Source: an uncultured Gemmatimonadales bacterium
GTDB taxonomy: Bacteria; Gemmatimonadota; Gemmatimonadetes; Gemmatimonadales; GWC2-71-9
Assembly: GCA_963842945.1 (NCBI GenBank)
Contig: CAWJIM010000002.1
Location: forward strand, 96,001 to 160,000
Length of the DNA: 64,000 nucleotides
Direction of reading: 5' to 3'
The notes below the pieces were generated by a model. The model was not told where the DNA came from. It saw only the letters and a program-made list of their open reading frames with translations, and did no database searches. Positions 49,657 to 60,848 of the stretch are shown here, piece by piece. The position numbers were made by a program, and so were the translations under genes. Positions within the stretch are counted from its first letter, which is position 1; each line of letters starts with the position of its first letter.

Positions 49657-50682
49657 TTATTTCTTGCAGGCCTTCTTAGGCATGCCCTCGGCGATTTTCT
49701 TGAGGTCGGCCAACGCTTCCTTGATTCCCGGCCGTTCGTAGTACTCGAGGAAGTGTTCGTCGTACTGCCAGAGGAAGAATGCGCAGAGCGGCGCGTTGTT
49801 CAGATACTTGGTTCCCCAGGCTCTGAGCTCATCGGCGTTCATGGCGAACTTCCCCTCGGCTGCTCCGGGGATGCCGCTGTCCTTGCTGCCGCCATTCAGG
49901 ACGTTCAGGCCGCCGATCAGCGCGAGATGCAGATCCTCAGCGCCCTGAACCATCTCGGTGATGAACTCGTCCACATCGCCCAGCCGATCCAGGTAATGAA
50001 TCCGCACTGCATCGAGATACCGGTATTGGTACCCGCCGGCCTTGAGGTAGTCGGGATAGGCCCGGATAACAGTGGGCATCGTCGGCCAGATCCCCTTGCT
50101 GTACTCGGCCATCTCGTCGATCTCTGCCGGAGTGACCTGGTCGCCGTTCCAATTGCTGGGGTCGCTCGGCTCGTCCATCAGGAAATGACCGACGATGGTG
50201 CCCTCGTCGATGTACTTCTGCAGATCGAGTGGCCGGTAGCGGTCGACCCGCGCCTTCCAGATCGACATGTTGAAGCCGTTCGCATCTCGGATATTGGTCT
50301 CTTTACCGGTGAAGTTGATCAACACCCGGGTATCGCTCCGCCGCGCCTTCTCCAGGTCGGCAATCAGGGTCTCCGCGTGCCCGGAGAGAATGGTGCCGTT
50401 GAAATTCGGGGCAAACGTCTCGGGCGGCTGCTGAGCCGGGCCGAACGGGATGCCGGTGTAGGTCGGATCATACGGCGGCAGGGAGTCGCCCGGCGGCGGC
50501 GGTGTCGGAGGCCCACTGTCCACCGGGGGCGTTACCGTTGTGTCAGGCGGCGGCGTGGTTGGAGTAGAGTCCGTTCCGGTGGTGTCAGGTCTTCCGAGGT
50601 CCGCGCTCGGACCCGAACTGTCACAGGCGGCCGCGCCCAGGAGAAGCGCGATAAGTGCCAGGCAAGAACGATGTTGCGGCAT
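49657..50682 (-). CDS. Lipoprotein with Pro/Thr linker and possible glycoside-hydrolase-like domain
   Basis: AAAC lipobox; PDTT/PT-rich linker; FLMDEP motif. Confidence 0.65.
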   Translation of the reverse strand: MPQHRSCLALIALLLGAAACDSSGPSADLGRPDTTGTDSTPTTPPPDTTVTPPVDSGPPTPPPPGDSLPPYDPTYTGIPFGPAQQPPETFAPNFNGTILSGHAETLIADLEKARRSDTRVLINFTGKETNIRDANGFNMSIWKARVDRYRPLDLQKYIDEGTIVGHFLMDEPSDPSNWNGDQVTPAEIDEMAEYSKGIWPTMPTVIRAYPDYLKAGGYQYRYLDAVRIHYLDRLGDVDEFITEMVQGAEDLHLALIGGLNVLNGGSKDSGIPGAAEGKFAMNADELRAWGTKYLNNAPLCAFFLWQYDEHFLEYYERPGIKEALADLKKIAEGMPKKACKK

Positions 50683-51030
50683 ACGATATGTGACTCAGCG
50701 CCCTGTGGTGAACCTGCCAGAGGGGGCGCGGCGGGCTGACCGTCCCGGAGGCATCTGATTTTGGAGGTACTCTAGACGTACCGATGTGTAAAGATTTGCA
50801 GTGCACAGGGGTGATTGTCAATGTCTGAGTGCGATTCTCGGTTTTAACCGGCCCCGTCAGCGAAACGACGCTAAGCTGCCGAACTACGGCTGGCGGCACT
50901 TGGCAATCTGCATGAGCTTGCGCGGGCAAAGCGAGGAGACTCAAGAATTTGCCGAAAGTGATCCAGATCACATCAGAGGCCGACCCCGGCGTGTACAACT
51001 CGTACTCCCTCAGACCCTAAGGAGTAGCAT

Positions 51031-51678
51031 ATGCGTAACAGCCGAGCCGTTCGCGGGACCCTGGCAGTGGGGCTCGTTGCTGTCGGCGTGCTCGCCGCAT
51101 GCAGTTCTTCCAACCGCAAGGCGGGCGGCGAGCAGAACCAGGCGGCCTCGGCTGATACCTCCGCCGATACTGCAGCCAAGGGCGCCACGGGCGGTGCCCC
51201 CGCCGCAGCTCCGCCGGCCGGAATGTCCGATGCCAACATCGTCGCCCTCCTCGATGCCGCGAACAAGGCGGATAGCTCGGGTGGAGCGCTTGCCGCCAAG
51301 AAGGCTACGAATGCGGAAGTGAAAGCCTTCGCCCGGTTGATGATGTCGGAGCATCACGCGCTTCGAGCCGAGGGCCAGGCGCTCGCCAAGCAGCTGGGCG
51401 TAGAGCCCAAGGCGCCGGAGCACGATCCGCTAGCGCCCTATGTCGCGAACGAGATGAAGACTCTGCAGAGCACTGCGAAGGGAGCGGAGTTCGACCGGAC
51501 CTACATCGACAACGAGGTGAGTGTTCACCAAGCGGTGCTCGACTTCGCCAACCAGGCCCGGGTCAGCACCCAGACGCCACAGCTCAAGGAGCTGATCGAG
51601 AAGGCGATTCCGGTGATCCGGAAACATCTGGATCAGGCGACGGAGCTCCAGAAGAAGCTGACACCGGCGGCGGCGTAG
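51031..51678 (+). CDS. DUF4142 domain lipoprotein
   Basis: LAAC lipobox; VKAFARLMMSEH, GAEFDRTYID.EV..HQ, HLDQA. Confidence 0.85.
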   Translation: MRNSRAVRGTLAVGLVAVGVLAACSSSNRKAGGEQNQAASADTSADTAAKGATGGAPAAAPPAGMSDANIVALLDAANKADSSGGALAAKKATNAEVKAFARLMMSEHHALRAEGQALAKQLGVEPKAPEHDPLAPYVANEMKTLQSTAKGAEFDRTYIDNEVSVHQAVLDFANQARVSTQTPQLKELIEKAIPVIRKHLDQATELQKKLTPAAA

Positions 51679-51703
51679 CCGAAGGACACCTGGGGTTCGC
51701 TTC

Positions 51704-51810
51704 GGGCGAGCCGATGCCCTTCCGGGCCGCAGGCGGGCGCTGCGTCATAATTGGATCCAGCACAGAGGCGGCCGCGCCCTAACGCGGCCTCCAGGGCAAT
51801 CGGCTCACCC
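51704..51810. repeat. Palindromic dispersed element, copy 2
   Basis: gggcgagccgatgccct ... agggcaatcggctcaccc. Confidence 0.82.
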
Positions 51811-51865
51811 TGCGCTCACCACCAACCTTGATCTCCACTGGCGGCTGGCGACTGGCGACTCTCGA

Positions 51866-53191
51866 CTACTTATAACTCACCCTCCAGATCGTTCCCCGCT
51901 GGTCGTCCGAGATGTACAACGCTCCGTCGGGCCCACCGCCAGGCCGGCGGGCCGATGGGCCGCCATTCCCGGATCCTTTCTTGCACCGGCGAATCCATCG
52001 GCGAACACCTGATACGATCCCGAGGCCTTTCCATTCGCCATCGGTTGGAAGACGACGTTGTAGCCCTCCTGCGGCTCGGGCGCCCGGTTCCAGGATCCGT
52101 GGAAAGCGATGAAGGCGCCGCCTCGGTACTCCTGAGGGAACATGGTGCCGTGGTAGAAGGTCAGCGCGTTCGGAGCCCAGTGCGCCGGAAATGCGGCGAC
52201 AGGACCCAGCTTCTCCGCGCAGCGCCCGACCTCTTTCCGTCGCCGCCGTACTCCGGCGCCAGCACCAGACGCTTGGCCTCCGGGTCGTAGTAGCAGTAGG
52301 GCCAGCCGTAGTCTCCGCCCTGCTGGATCCGAAGCAGCTCTTCGGCCGGCAGGTTGGCGCTCTGCTTCCAGTTGTAACAGCTTGGGCCAGTTCTCCCCTA
52401 ACTGATCGCGGCCGTGCTGGGTGGAGTAGAGGGTACCGTCGCTGTACAAGGCGAGGCCGTCGGCGTTCCGGATTCCGGTAGCATATCGCTGGCTGGGGCC
52501 GTAGCGTTGCCCGGGCTGGTGAGAGAAGCGCCAGATGCCGGCGCGTTTCTCCAGCTCCTGGCAGGGATCGCGGCCCTTCGATCCCGCCTGGCGATCCTTG
52601 ACCTGACAGGCATTGGTGGCCGAGCCCACGTTGACGAACAGGTTCTGGCCGTCGACGGCGATGGGATGCATCGTGTGGCCGCCCTTGGTCGGCAGCGCGC
52701 TCACGATGACCTCCGGCTTCCCGCTGGGGACCGGGTCGCTGCCCGACAACCGGTAGCGCACGATGGTGCTGTCGGCCTCGGCGTACAGCTCGTTGCCGTT
52801 CAGGGCGATGCCGGTGCCGCCTTTGCTGCCGGATTCACTGGTGCTGCCGAAGCGGCGGATGTCATCGGCCCGGCCGTCGGAGTTGGTGTCGCGCAGGGCG
52901 ATGAGGTAGCCGCCCGGGGGCACCCGCCGAGTGGTGTCGTGAGGACGAACGCCAGGTGTTGGCGTAGATGGTTCCACCCGGACCGGCCGCGATGTGCCGG
53001 GTTTGGCCCAGGCTCTCCGCGAAGACCGTAGCGGTAAAGCCTGGAGGAAGCTTGAGCTGCACCTGGCCGGAGGCGGCCGCAGCGCTGCGCGCCGTATCGG
53101 CCCGGGTGGTGTCAGAAGCGGATCGGCCGCGCTCGCCGTTGCTGCAGCCGAGCGCCGCACTTGCCGCGGCAACCAGAAATACCGTCTTCAT
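51866..53191 (-). CDS. PQQ-dependent sugar / sorbosone dehydrogenase lipoprotein (indels)
   Basis: LKLPPGF, NVGSATN, ATGIRN, HGRDQL, GWPYCY, FPAHWAP, AFHGSWNR, RPAGLAVGP. Confidence 0.88.
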
Positions 53192-54060
53192 TTGTCACTC
53201 GCTTTGTAGACGCTGAGACGATTCCCCGAATTCTCCGGCACGACCAGAAGTCCCCGCTTCCGGTCCACTATCAGATCGGCAGGAGACTGAAGCCCGCTCG
53301 CCAGCTTGACCGGCTTGGCACCCGGTTGCGATCGAACCAGGAAGAGATCTCCCCCGACGTTGTCGCTGATGTAGAATCCGCCGCCCGGCGCCGCATCGAT
53401 CCCGTCGGGCGAGCCCAATCCCTGGGCCAGGTTGCGCCACCCGCCCTTTCCGTCGGTCACCGACAGCACGCCGCTGCGATAGCCCACGGTGTACATGCTG
53501 TCGCCCCCGGCGGCGAAGAGCCCGTTCACGCTGGATTGGGCCCGGACCGTGTCACTGCCTGCCAGCACGGCCGGCCGCTTGCCCTGAGACAGCCGGAACA
53601 CGGCACCGTGGCCGTTGGCGGTCGAGTCTCCGGTGTCGCTCACGTAGAGCTCTCCGCCAGGCCCCACCGCCAGGTCGTTCAGGAAGTGCAGCGGCCGGGG
53701 GAAGTCTTTGGCTGGATAGACCAGCTCGGCTTTGCCACGGGTTACCCGGTACACGCCCTTCCGATCGGCAGCCCAGAGGGTAGATCCCACGAAGATCACG
53801 CCGCAGGGATCCTCCAACCCGGTGGCGTACACCTCTGACTTGCCGGATTGGGGGTCCACCCGGTACACCGCGCCGTCGGGCCCGTTGTCGAATTTGCCGA
53901 AGGCGCTGACGTACCAGGCGCCATCGGGGCCAACGGCAACACTCTCGGGTCCGGGAATCGAGTCGATGGTGACGTGGAGCGACGGCCCGAGCGAGGCCTC
54001 TTTCTGGGCCAGGAGCTGAGCCGGGAGCAGACCGAGAACAACGAGGAGAGTCAAACGCAT
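53188..54060 (-). CDS. SMP-30/gluconolactonase-like beta-propeller
   Basis: Signal peptide; PESVAVGPDG, FLNDLAV....LYVSDTG, VNGL, PDGID. Confidence 0.8.
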   Translation of the reverse strand: MRLTLLVVLGLLPAQLLAQKEASLGPSLHVTIDSIPGPESVAVGPDGAWYVSAFGKFDNGPDGAVYRVDPQSGKSEVYATGLEDPCGVIFVGSTLWAADRKGVYRVTRGKAELVYPAKDFPRPLHFLNDLAVGPGGELYVSDTGDSTANGHGAVFRLSQGKRPAVLAGSDTVRAQSSVNGLFAAGGDSMYTVGYRSGVLSVTDGKGGWRNLAQGLGSPDGIDAAPGGGFYISDNVGGDLFLVRSQPGAKPVKLASGLQSPADLIVDRKRGLLVVPENSGNRLSVYKASDK

Positions 54061-54213
54061 ACCGTGCCTCGTGCGGAAAGAAGGAGGGCTCGAGTGGACT
54101 CAGAGCCCCTACGCGGCCGGACGAAATGTAGTGTCGGTTGAAACAGGTGCGGGCTCGGCACGGCTTACGGCGGCTTCCGAACCGGCATCCTGCACGCTTT
54201 CAGAGAGCGAGAT

Positions 54214-54834
54214 GTGCAGGCAGCACGGCCAATGCGCAGTGCTTACCTTGGGGTAAGGGGTCTTTACTCAAAGGCAGCTTCTGTGATAAATGCGGATCCT
54301 CAGACCACCCCCCAGATCTCCGGGGCAACCCTGCTTATCGTGGACGATGATCCGTCGTTCCGCCGAGCACTGCGGAGACTGCTGGAGCTTGAGCAAATCT
54401 CCGTTATCGAGGCCGACGACGGCGAGCAGGCGATTCGCGTGATCGAGCATGACGAGGCCCAGCGGGTCGATGCGGTCCTGACAGACGTGTCGATGCAAGC
54501 CGTTTCTGGCCCCGAATTGATCGCGGTGCTCCGGGAGTACCGCCCTGCATTGCCGGTCGTGGCCATGTCGGCATGGGACCCAGTCCCACCCGGCCTTCCC
54601 CCGGTGCCCTTCCTGCACAAGCCATTCGAGCTAGAGGAACTGATCGAAACGGTCGGACCGCTGGTCCTCACGCCCGAAGCGATCCGGCGGCGAGCACGGC
54701 AAATGCGCGCGGATGCGGCCGAATCGCGGTCATCGGCCGAACGGCAACGGGAGATAGCGAGAGAACACCAGGTCAAGACGGGTGAACTCATGAAGGCCTT
54801 TATGCAGCTCCGCGAGAGGATAAAGCGGCGCTGA
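54214..54834 (+). CDS. Response regulator with C-terminal coiled coil (start uncertain)
   Basis: LIVDDD, VLTDVSM, VVAMSA, LHKPF. Confidence 0.82.
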   Translation: MQAARPMRSAYLGVRGLYSKAASVINADPQTTPQISGATLLIVDDDPSFRRALRRLLELEQISVIEADDGEQAIRVIEHDEAQRVDAVLTDVSMQAVSGPELIAVLREYRPALPVVAMSAWDPVPPGLPPVPFLHKPFELEELIETVGPLVLTPEAIRRRARQMRADAAESRSSAERQREIAREHQVKTGELMKAFMQLRERIKRR

Positions 54835-55035
54835 TCCGTCCCTCCTCGTGCAACGCCACAATTTGAACATCTAGGATCACCTCTCGCCGACTTAGCTCCG
54901 CCGCGACCGGGTCAGTCAGCTCTTGAAACGGGCCCAGGCCTTTCCCGCCGAACCTAGCCTTTGGTACTACAGCGGAAATCAAACGGGCAGCGTTAAACTC
55001 AGCGACCCTCTGAGCTGCTGGTCTGCCCGCAGTCT

Positions 55036-55995
55036 ATGGAAGCTGATTTGAGTTCCCGTCATGGGCCACTCTGGCGAGAGGCCAGCGTGCTGGTGGTCGA
55101 CGACGAGCCGCCGCTGCGTCGATTGATTCGCCGCAGGCTCGAAGCTGAACAGTTTCGGGTGGAAGAAGCCGGCGACGGCGAGTCTGCCCTGCGGCTGATC
55201 CAATCGCGGCTCGAGCCGTTCGACCTGGTGCTGACCGATCTCTCGATGCCGGGGATCGATGGACGGCAGATCCAGGCGACGCTGAAGCGGTATCGTCCGA
55301 CGATAGCGGTCCTCTGTATGTCAGCCGAGCCCGAAGAGCTGCCACCGATCGACGGGGCTGAGACTTCCATTGCGGTGCTGCGCAAACCATTCAGCGAAGA
55401 CGATTTGTACCTCGCTATCCGGGCCGAGCTCACTCGCGCTTCGGATCTCAGGGCAGTGGCGGAGAGCGAGATCGTCCGGGTCAATGCGGAATTGAGCCAA
55501 CTGGCGCTGACGCTGCAAGAGAACCGTGCTGCGCGGCGGCAGTCGGTCGATTTGGTGGCCGCAGCCCGGGAGTTGCGTGGCACGGCGCACTCCAGTGAGG
55601 ATCACGAACATTTATGGCGAAGGCCGTCGCGCTACACGCGTGCCGAGCTCCAGGAGCTCCGGATCAGCCGAGTCCATGCCCGAGACCCATACCTCTTCTG
55701 CCTGCTGTCGGACCGGAATATGGTCCGTGTCCCGCTCACGATCGCACCGGGCTTGGCCGGGCCGCTGCCAGGTGTGAGAGCCAGTTGGCAGGTACTCGGG
55801 GATGGCAAGTCGGTGGTCTGGGATGCCGGGGAGGCTCGCGCCATGGCGACTGAACGCGTCAGTCTGGCGCACATTCTCGCTCATCCCGACGCTCGGATGA
55901 TCGTCCTGCCAACCGCAAGCGAGTCAGTCAGCCGCCTCGGCCGCCAACTGCTGCCCGTCCTCCTCGGCATGCTTACATCGACCATGTCGATCTGA
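55036..55995 (+). CDS. Response regulator, apparently fused to a DUF2442-like domain
   Basis: VVDDE, LTDLSMPGIDG, LRKPF; C-terminal LSDRNMVRVPL...WQVLGDGKSVVWD. Confidence 0.7.
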   Translation: MEADLSSRHGPLWREASVLVVDDEPPLRRLIRRRLEAEQFRVEEAGDGESALRLIQSRLEPFDLVLTDLSMPGIDGRQIQATLKRYRPTIAVLCMSAEPEELPPIDGAETSIAVLRKPFSEDDLYLAIRAELTRASDLRAVAESEIVRVNAELSQLALTLQENRAARRQSVDLVAAARELRGTAHSSEDHEHLWRRPSRYTRAELQELRISRVHARDPYLFCLLSDRNMVRVPLTIAPGLAGPLPGVRASWQVLGDGKSVVWDAGEARAMATERVSLAHILAHPDARMIVLPTASESVSRLGRQLLPVLLGMLTSTMSI

Positions 55996-56245
55996 AGGCT
56001 GGGGTTTACCTGGCACAGAGCCTCGCACCCATCCGCTCCGATCACAGCCCTCCGAGTAAAGACCGACGCCTCCTTGACTCGCCTCGATGGTGCGCAGACG
56101 ACACTCGACCCGGTCTCAAGACGTTGAGCGTCCGCGCGCCGGGGATCAGAGCTGTGCCCTCCCCACATCGGTGATTGCCAGGTTAGTGCTGAGATTTAAA
56201 TGGGGTTGCCTAAGCTGCTACTTGATAAGAGTTTTCAGGCCCGGA

Positions 56246-56332
56246 GGCGTGGTGGCAGAGTGGTTGAATGCAGCGGTCTTGAAAACCGCCGAACCCGTAA
56301 GGGTTCCGTGAGTTCGAATCTCACCCACGCCG
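56246..56332 (+). tRNA. tRNA-Ser (TGA)
   Basis: GGCGTGG/CCACGCC acceptor stem, GCGGT-CTTGAAA-ACCGC anticodon arm, long variable arm, G73. Confidence 0.95.
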
Positions 56333-56333
56333 C

Positions 56334-57021
56334 TTATCGCTCGATTCCGAATCCCCTCCATTCCTGCCGCAGCGCGGCCGCCAGTCCCGGACTCAGCCTG
56401 ATCCCGCGATACAACTCGGCGGCAACCCCCTGCTCCGGCATGCCCAGCCGCCGCCGGGCCTCGGCCACCGGCAGCGACCACAGCTCCTTCACCGGAATCT
56501 CGAACAGATTGGTCAGCCGGGTGCGCCGGGCATGGTCGTAGGCCCGGTTGAAGATGCCGAGCCTGAATGCCGCGGCCCACCTGGCGGAACGAGGCAATCC
56601 GCCGGGCGCATTCGACGAAGGCGCCGCCGTAGAACAGCACCCAACCGACAGCCTTGGGCACTCCACGCGATGCGAAGTAGAGGCCCTGCTCCGCCGCTTC
56701 CCCCGCCAGCAGGACCAGCGGCGGCTCGTTGTGGGTAAAGGTGGTTCCGGTCAGCACGTGAGAGGCATCGTGCACCAGGTAGATCTCCTCCGGCGGGCGG
56801 GAGCCGTTGATCAGCTTCCGAAACAGCTTGAGGAAGTGCGGCTTGGCCGGCACCGGAAGGCCCACGTAGCCGTTCACGTCGCGGAAGCGCTGGATGGCGT
56901 CGCCCAAGGTGATCGTCTCGCGATCGCTCTCCCAATCGTAGGAGGAGAGGAGGAGCTGCGCTGCCGTGTCCCTCCCGGGCGCCGGCTGATTGATCGGGGC
57001 CGATTCGAGTCTCGAGCTCAT
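56334..57021 (-). CDS. Coq4-like metal-binding protein (indels)
   Basis: HDASHVLTG...GEAAEQ, and LFEIPVKELWSLPVAEARRRLG. Confidence 0.55.
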
Positions 57022-58975
57022 GACGCGCTTGCCACCGCCGCGGGTTCGGCCATGCGCTCGGATATCTCCATCTCGAGGTCGGCCTCGGAACGGCGGCTGA
57101 TGTACCGGCGATACCAGACCTCCGCGCTCAACAGCAGCCAGATCCGGTTGCCGTGGTCGTAGCGCCGAGCCAGGTGCTCGTCCACCAGCTGCTTCATCCG
57201 CTCGCCCCGGAGGTACCCGGCCCGCACCAGCTCGCTGTCGAGCAGCAGGCGCGGGGCCAGAGCACGGACCTCTCCCTCCAGGATGTACATCAGCGGCGAG
57301 GCAAAGCCCTGCTTCTTCCGGCGCAGAACTTCAGGCGGCAGGTAGCGCTCACCCAGACGGCGCTCGAGGTAGCGGAGCTGCCGTCCCTTGATCTTGAGTC
57401 CGGTGGGCACCCGGGCCATAAACTCGGCGAACCGGGGATCGAGGAAGGGTGAGCGGGACTCCAGGCTGTACGCCATGGTCGCCCGGTCCAGAATGGTGAG
57501 CGACTGCCCCGGCAGCCGCGACATGGCATCGACGTACATCATCCGGTCGATCGGGGCGTCGGCGTTGGGCGCAGCGTAGAGCTCCAGCAGACACGCATCC
57601 GGCCGGCTGTCCCAGCAGCTGGTTCCGGAACCCGGGCGCATAGAGCTCGGCCCGGTGCGCCTCGTTGAACCAGAAGAACTGGAGACTCTCGGAGTAGCGC
57701 TCTCCCCCGGTCTTCCGCGCCATCAGGTCCACCCAGCGGAGCTTGTGGGTGAAGCTCTTGAAGGTGAACTGATCCGGCAGCCGCCTGAGGACCTGAGTGG
57801 CGACCACGTTGCGCATCACCTCCGGAACGGCGCGGTAGGTGTCGAGCCAGCGATCGGCCGCATAGCGATCGTAGCCACCGAAGAGCTCGTCTCCACCGTC
57901 GCCGCCGAGCACCACCTTCACGTGGCGGGCGGTCATCCGGGCCAGGTGCAGCAGGCAGATCGAGAGTGGATCGGCGGGCTCGTCCAGCGCCGACACCAGC
58001 CGAGGCAGATCGTCCACCACGCTGGGCGTGACTTCCTCGGCGTAGTGCTGGGTTCCGTATCGCGCGGCTACCGCCGCGGCATGCGGGCAGCTCGTTCAGG
58101 TCGCGATACGGGATCCCCATGGAGAAGGTGCGGAGCTCCGAGCCCAGGGTTCTGGCAGCGTAGGAAGCGATGAGCGTGGAATCCAGTCCGCCGCTCAGGA
58201 ACGCGCCCACCGGCACATCGCTCAGCAGATGGAGCTTGACCGTTTCGGCCAGCAGCTCGTCGATCCGGTCCAGCGTCTCGCTCTCGGAGTAGGTCCACTT
58301 GGGGCCGTAGCTCAGGTCCCAGTAGCGCTCGATCCGGCTCCGGCCATTCTCCCAGACCATGTAGTGCGCCGGGGGCAGCGACCGGATGCGGGCTGAAGAA
58401 GGTCTCCGGCGGATGCACGAACCGCATGGTGAGATATTGATCGAGCGCGACGCGGAGACAGCTCGGCCAGAGAGGGATCATCGGCCAGCAGCGCCTTGAT
58501 CTCGGACGCGAAGGTGAGCTGCCCGCCGCCTCGGTGTAGAACAGCGGCTTCTGGCCAAAGTGGTCGCGGGCCACCAGCAGGCGGCGCCGGGTCCGATCCC
58601 AGATCGCAAAGGCGAACATGCCCGCGGAGCCGCGGCGACCATCTTCTCGCCGTCCTCCTCGTACAGATGCACCAGCGCTTCGGTGTCGCTGCGCGTCTTG
58701 AAGCGGTGGCCCTTGGCAACCAGCTCGTCGTACAGGCTGGGGAAGTTGTACAGCTCGCCGTTGAAGACCACCACCACGGTCCCGTCTTCGTTCGACATCG
58801 GCTGGTGTCCGCCGGCCAGGTCCACGATGCTGAGCCGCCGCATGCCGAGGCCGACACCGCCCTCGACGAAGGTGCCCCAGTCGTCGGGACCCCGATGGGC
58901 AATGGCGTCGCACATCCGGAGGACTTCGGCTTCAGCGACCGGAGCCGTCCCGGCCTTACCGGCGATGCCGCACAT
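57018..58975 (-). CDS. asnB: Asparagine synthase-like amidotransferase (indels)
   Basis: MCGIAG, HRGPD, RRLSIVD, FNGELYN, FLSGGLDS, GDGGDELFGGY, ESRSPFLD, KQGF. Confidence 0.9.
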
Positions 58976-59799
58976 CTACGCTGCCTTCTTCCTGCCCCAG
59001 GCCACCATCATGTAGCCGGGCGAGAACGGGATCAGGTTGTCCAGCATGGTCCAGGCCCGCAGAGCGGGATAGACCGCGGAATAGAGCTTATACGCGGTGC
59101 CGACCTTGTTCAGCGCTTCGGCCGACATCGGCGCCGTGTCGCCATGGAAGTCCTGCTGCTGGGTGTCCTTTCCCTTCATGGACTTCCGGTGATACGCGTA
59201 GTTGAGCAGGTCCTCGATCGATTCGGTGAAGAACCGGCAGTAGTCGTCGGTCCCGCTCAGCTCAGGCCGTGCCGCTCCATCAGGGCCCGGGTGGCCGCCG
59301 GAGGATATCCGTCGCGCGCATGCCCGAAGCCCTCCTGGTCGGCGGTGAAGCCCAGCAGCCGCTTGAGCGCAAATCCCGGCCGGCCGGTCTCGCCCTTGGG
59401 CGCCATGAACAGAAAGTCCCCGCCCGGCTTCAGCACCCGCACCATCTCGCGGAAGAAGCGTGTCGTCGTCCTCGATGTGCTCCAGAAAGTTGATGGCGGC
59501 AACCACGTCGAATGACGCGCTCCGGAACGGCAGCTCGGCGTCGCTGGTCTGCAGCACGCGGTCGCCCACCAGCTGCTTGGCCGAGCGGACATGGTCGCGC
59601 TCGAAGTCGGTGCTCACCCAGGTGCCGCCCCGCTGCCGCAGGAAGTGCGACGTGAGGCCGGTGCCGCATCCGACTTCCAGGCACAGGCGTCCCGCCGATG
59701 GGCGGCAGGTGCTCGCATCAGCGCGTTGACCGTCTGCTTCTTCTTGAGCGAACGGCGATATAGCTGCAGTTGCCAGGGTTCGGTCAATTCGATCTCCAA
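58976..59799 (-). CDS. Class I SAM-dependent methyltransferase
   Basis: CLEVGCGTG, LPFRSASFDVV, FLEHI, RVLKPGG. Confidence 0.85.
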
Positions 59800-59838
59800 G
59801 TGAGTTGTGAGTCAGGAGCTGGGAGTCGAGGAGCTGCT

Positions 59839-60848
59839 CTAGCTCCTGGCTCCTAGCTCGCCCACTCTCCGATAATCCTCGAGCGTCCGCCGAATCCCTT
59901 CCCGCAAATCTACCTTGGGCTCCCAGTCCAGCACCCGCCGGGCCCTGGAGGTATCGAACTCCGAATCGCTGTGGAAGAAGTCCATCCGCCGCCGGTAGAT
60001 CGGCGGATCGATCGCCAGCGCGGCACAGACGTCTTCCACAACGGCGGCCAGCCCAGCATCGGGCGCCAGCGGCAGCCGGATCCCGTAGCGAGAGCTGCCG
60101 GTGGCCGCGGACCACCTCGTCGAGCAGCTCCCGCAGGGTGCAGGCGCGGGGCCCGGCAACGATCAGCCCCTCGCCCAGCGCCTCGTCCCGCTCGCAGGCC
60201 TTGAAGAAGGCGGAGACGACATCGTCCACGTACACCATGTGGCGCCGGCCCTCGCCCGAGCCGAAGAGCGGGAATCGTCCCCGGCTCACACCCTTGAACA
60301 TCTTCAGCAGGCGCTGATCGCGGGGACCATAGACGTCGGCTGGACGCAGCACCACGGCGGGAAGCCGGCAGTTCTCGGCGAAGTCGCGCACCAGCCGCTC
60401 GGCCGCGACCTTGGTGCGCTCGTAGATGTTTCCCGGCGAGAGCGGCGACTCCTTCGTTGGTGATGCCCGGCGCCCGGTGGCCGTAGATCCCGATGGTGCT
60501 GCAGTAGACGAACCGCTCGACCCGCTCCGCGGTTGCCGCCTGCAGCAGATGCCGGGTGCCGTCGAGGTTGATGGACTCGAAGAACTCGTCGCTCTTGCCG
60601 CCCTCCCGCATGGCCACGGCAAGGTGGAAGATGTGAGTCGCTCCCCGCGCCGCCCGCCGGCACAGCTCGGCATCGGTGATGCTGCCGGAGAGCACCTCGG
60701 CGCCCATCCGGGACAGCAGCTCAGCGTTGGCCTGTTCCTCGGGGCGGTCGGTCAAGCCGAGCACCACCACCTCGGCCCCGCGGCGCCGGCCCTCTTCGGC
60801 CAGATGCGAGCCGATGAAGCCGGTGCCGCCGGTGACCAGAAGTCTCAT
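59839..60848 (-). CDS. NAD-dependent epimerase/dehydratase
   Basis: LVTGGTGFIG, YERTK, VYGP, YVDDV. Confidence 0.9.
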
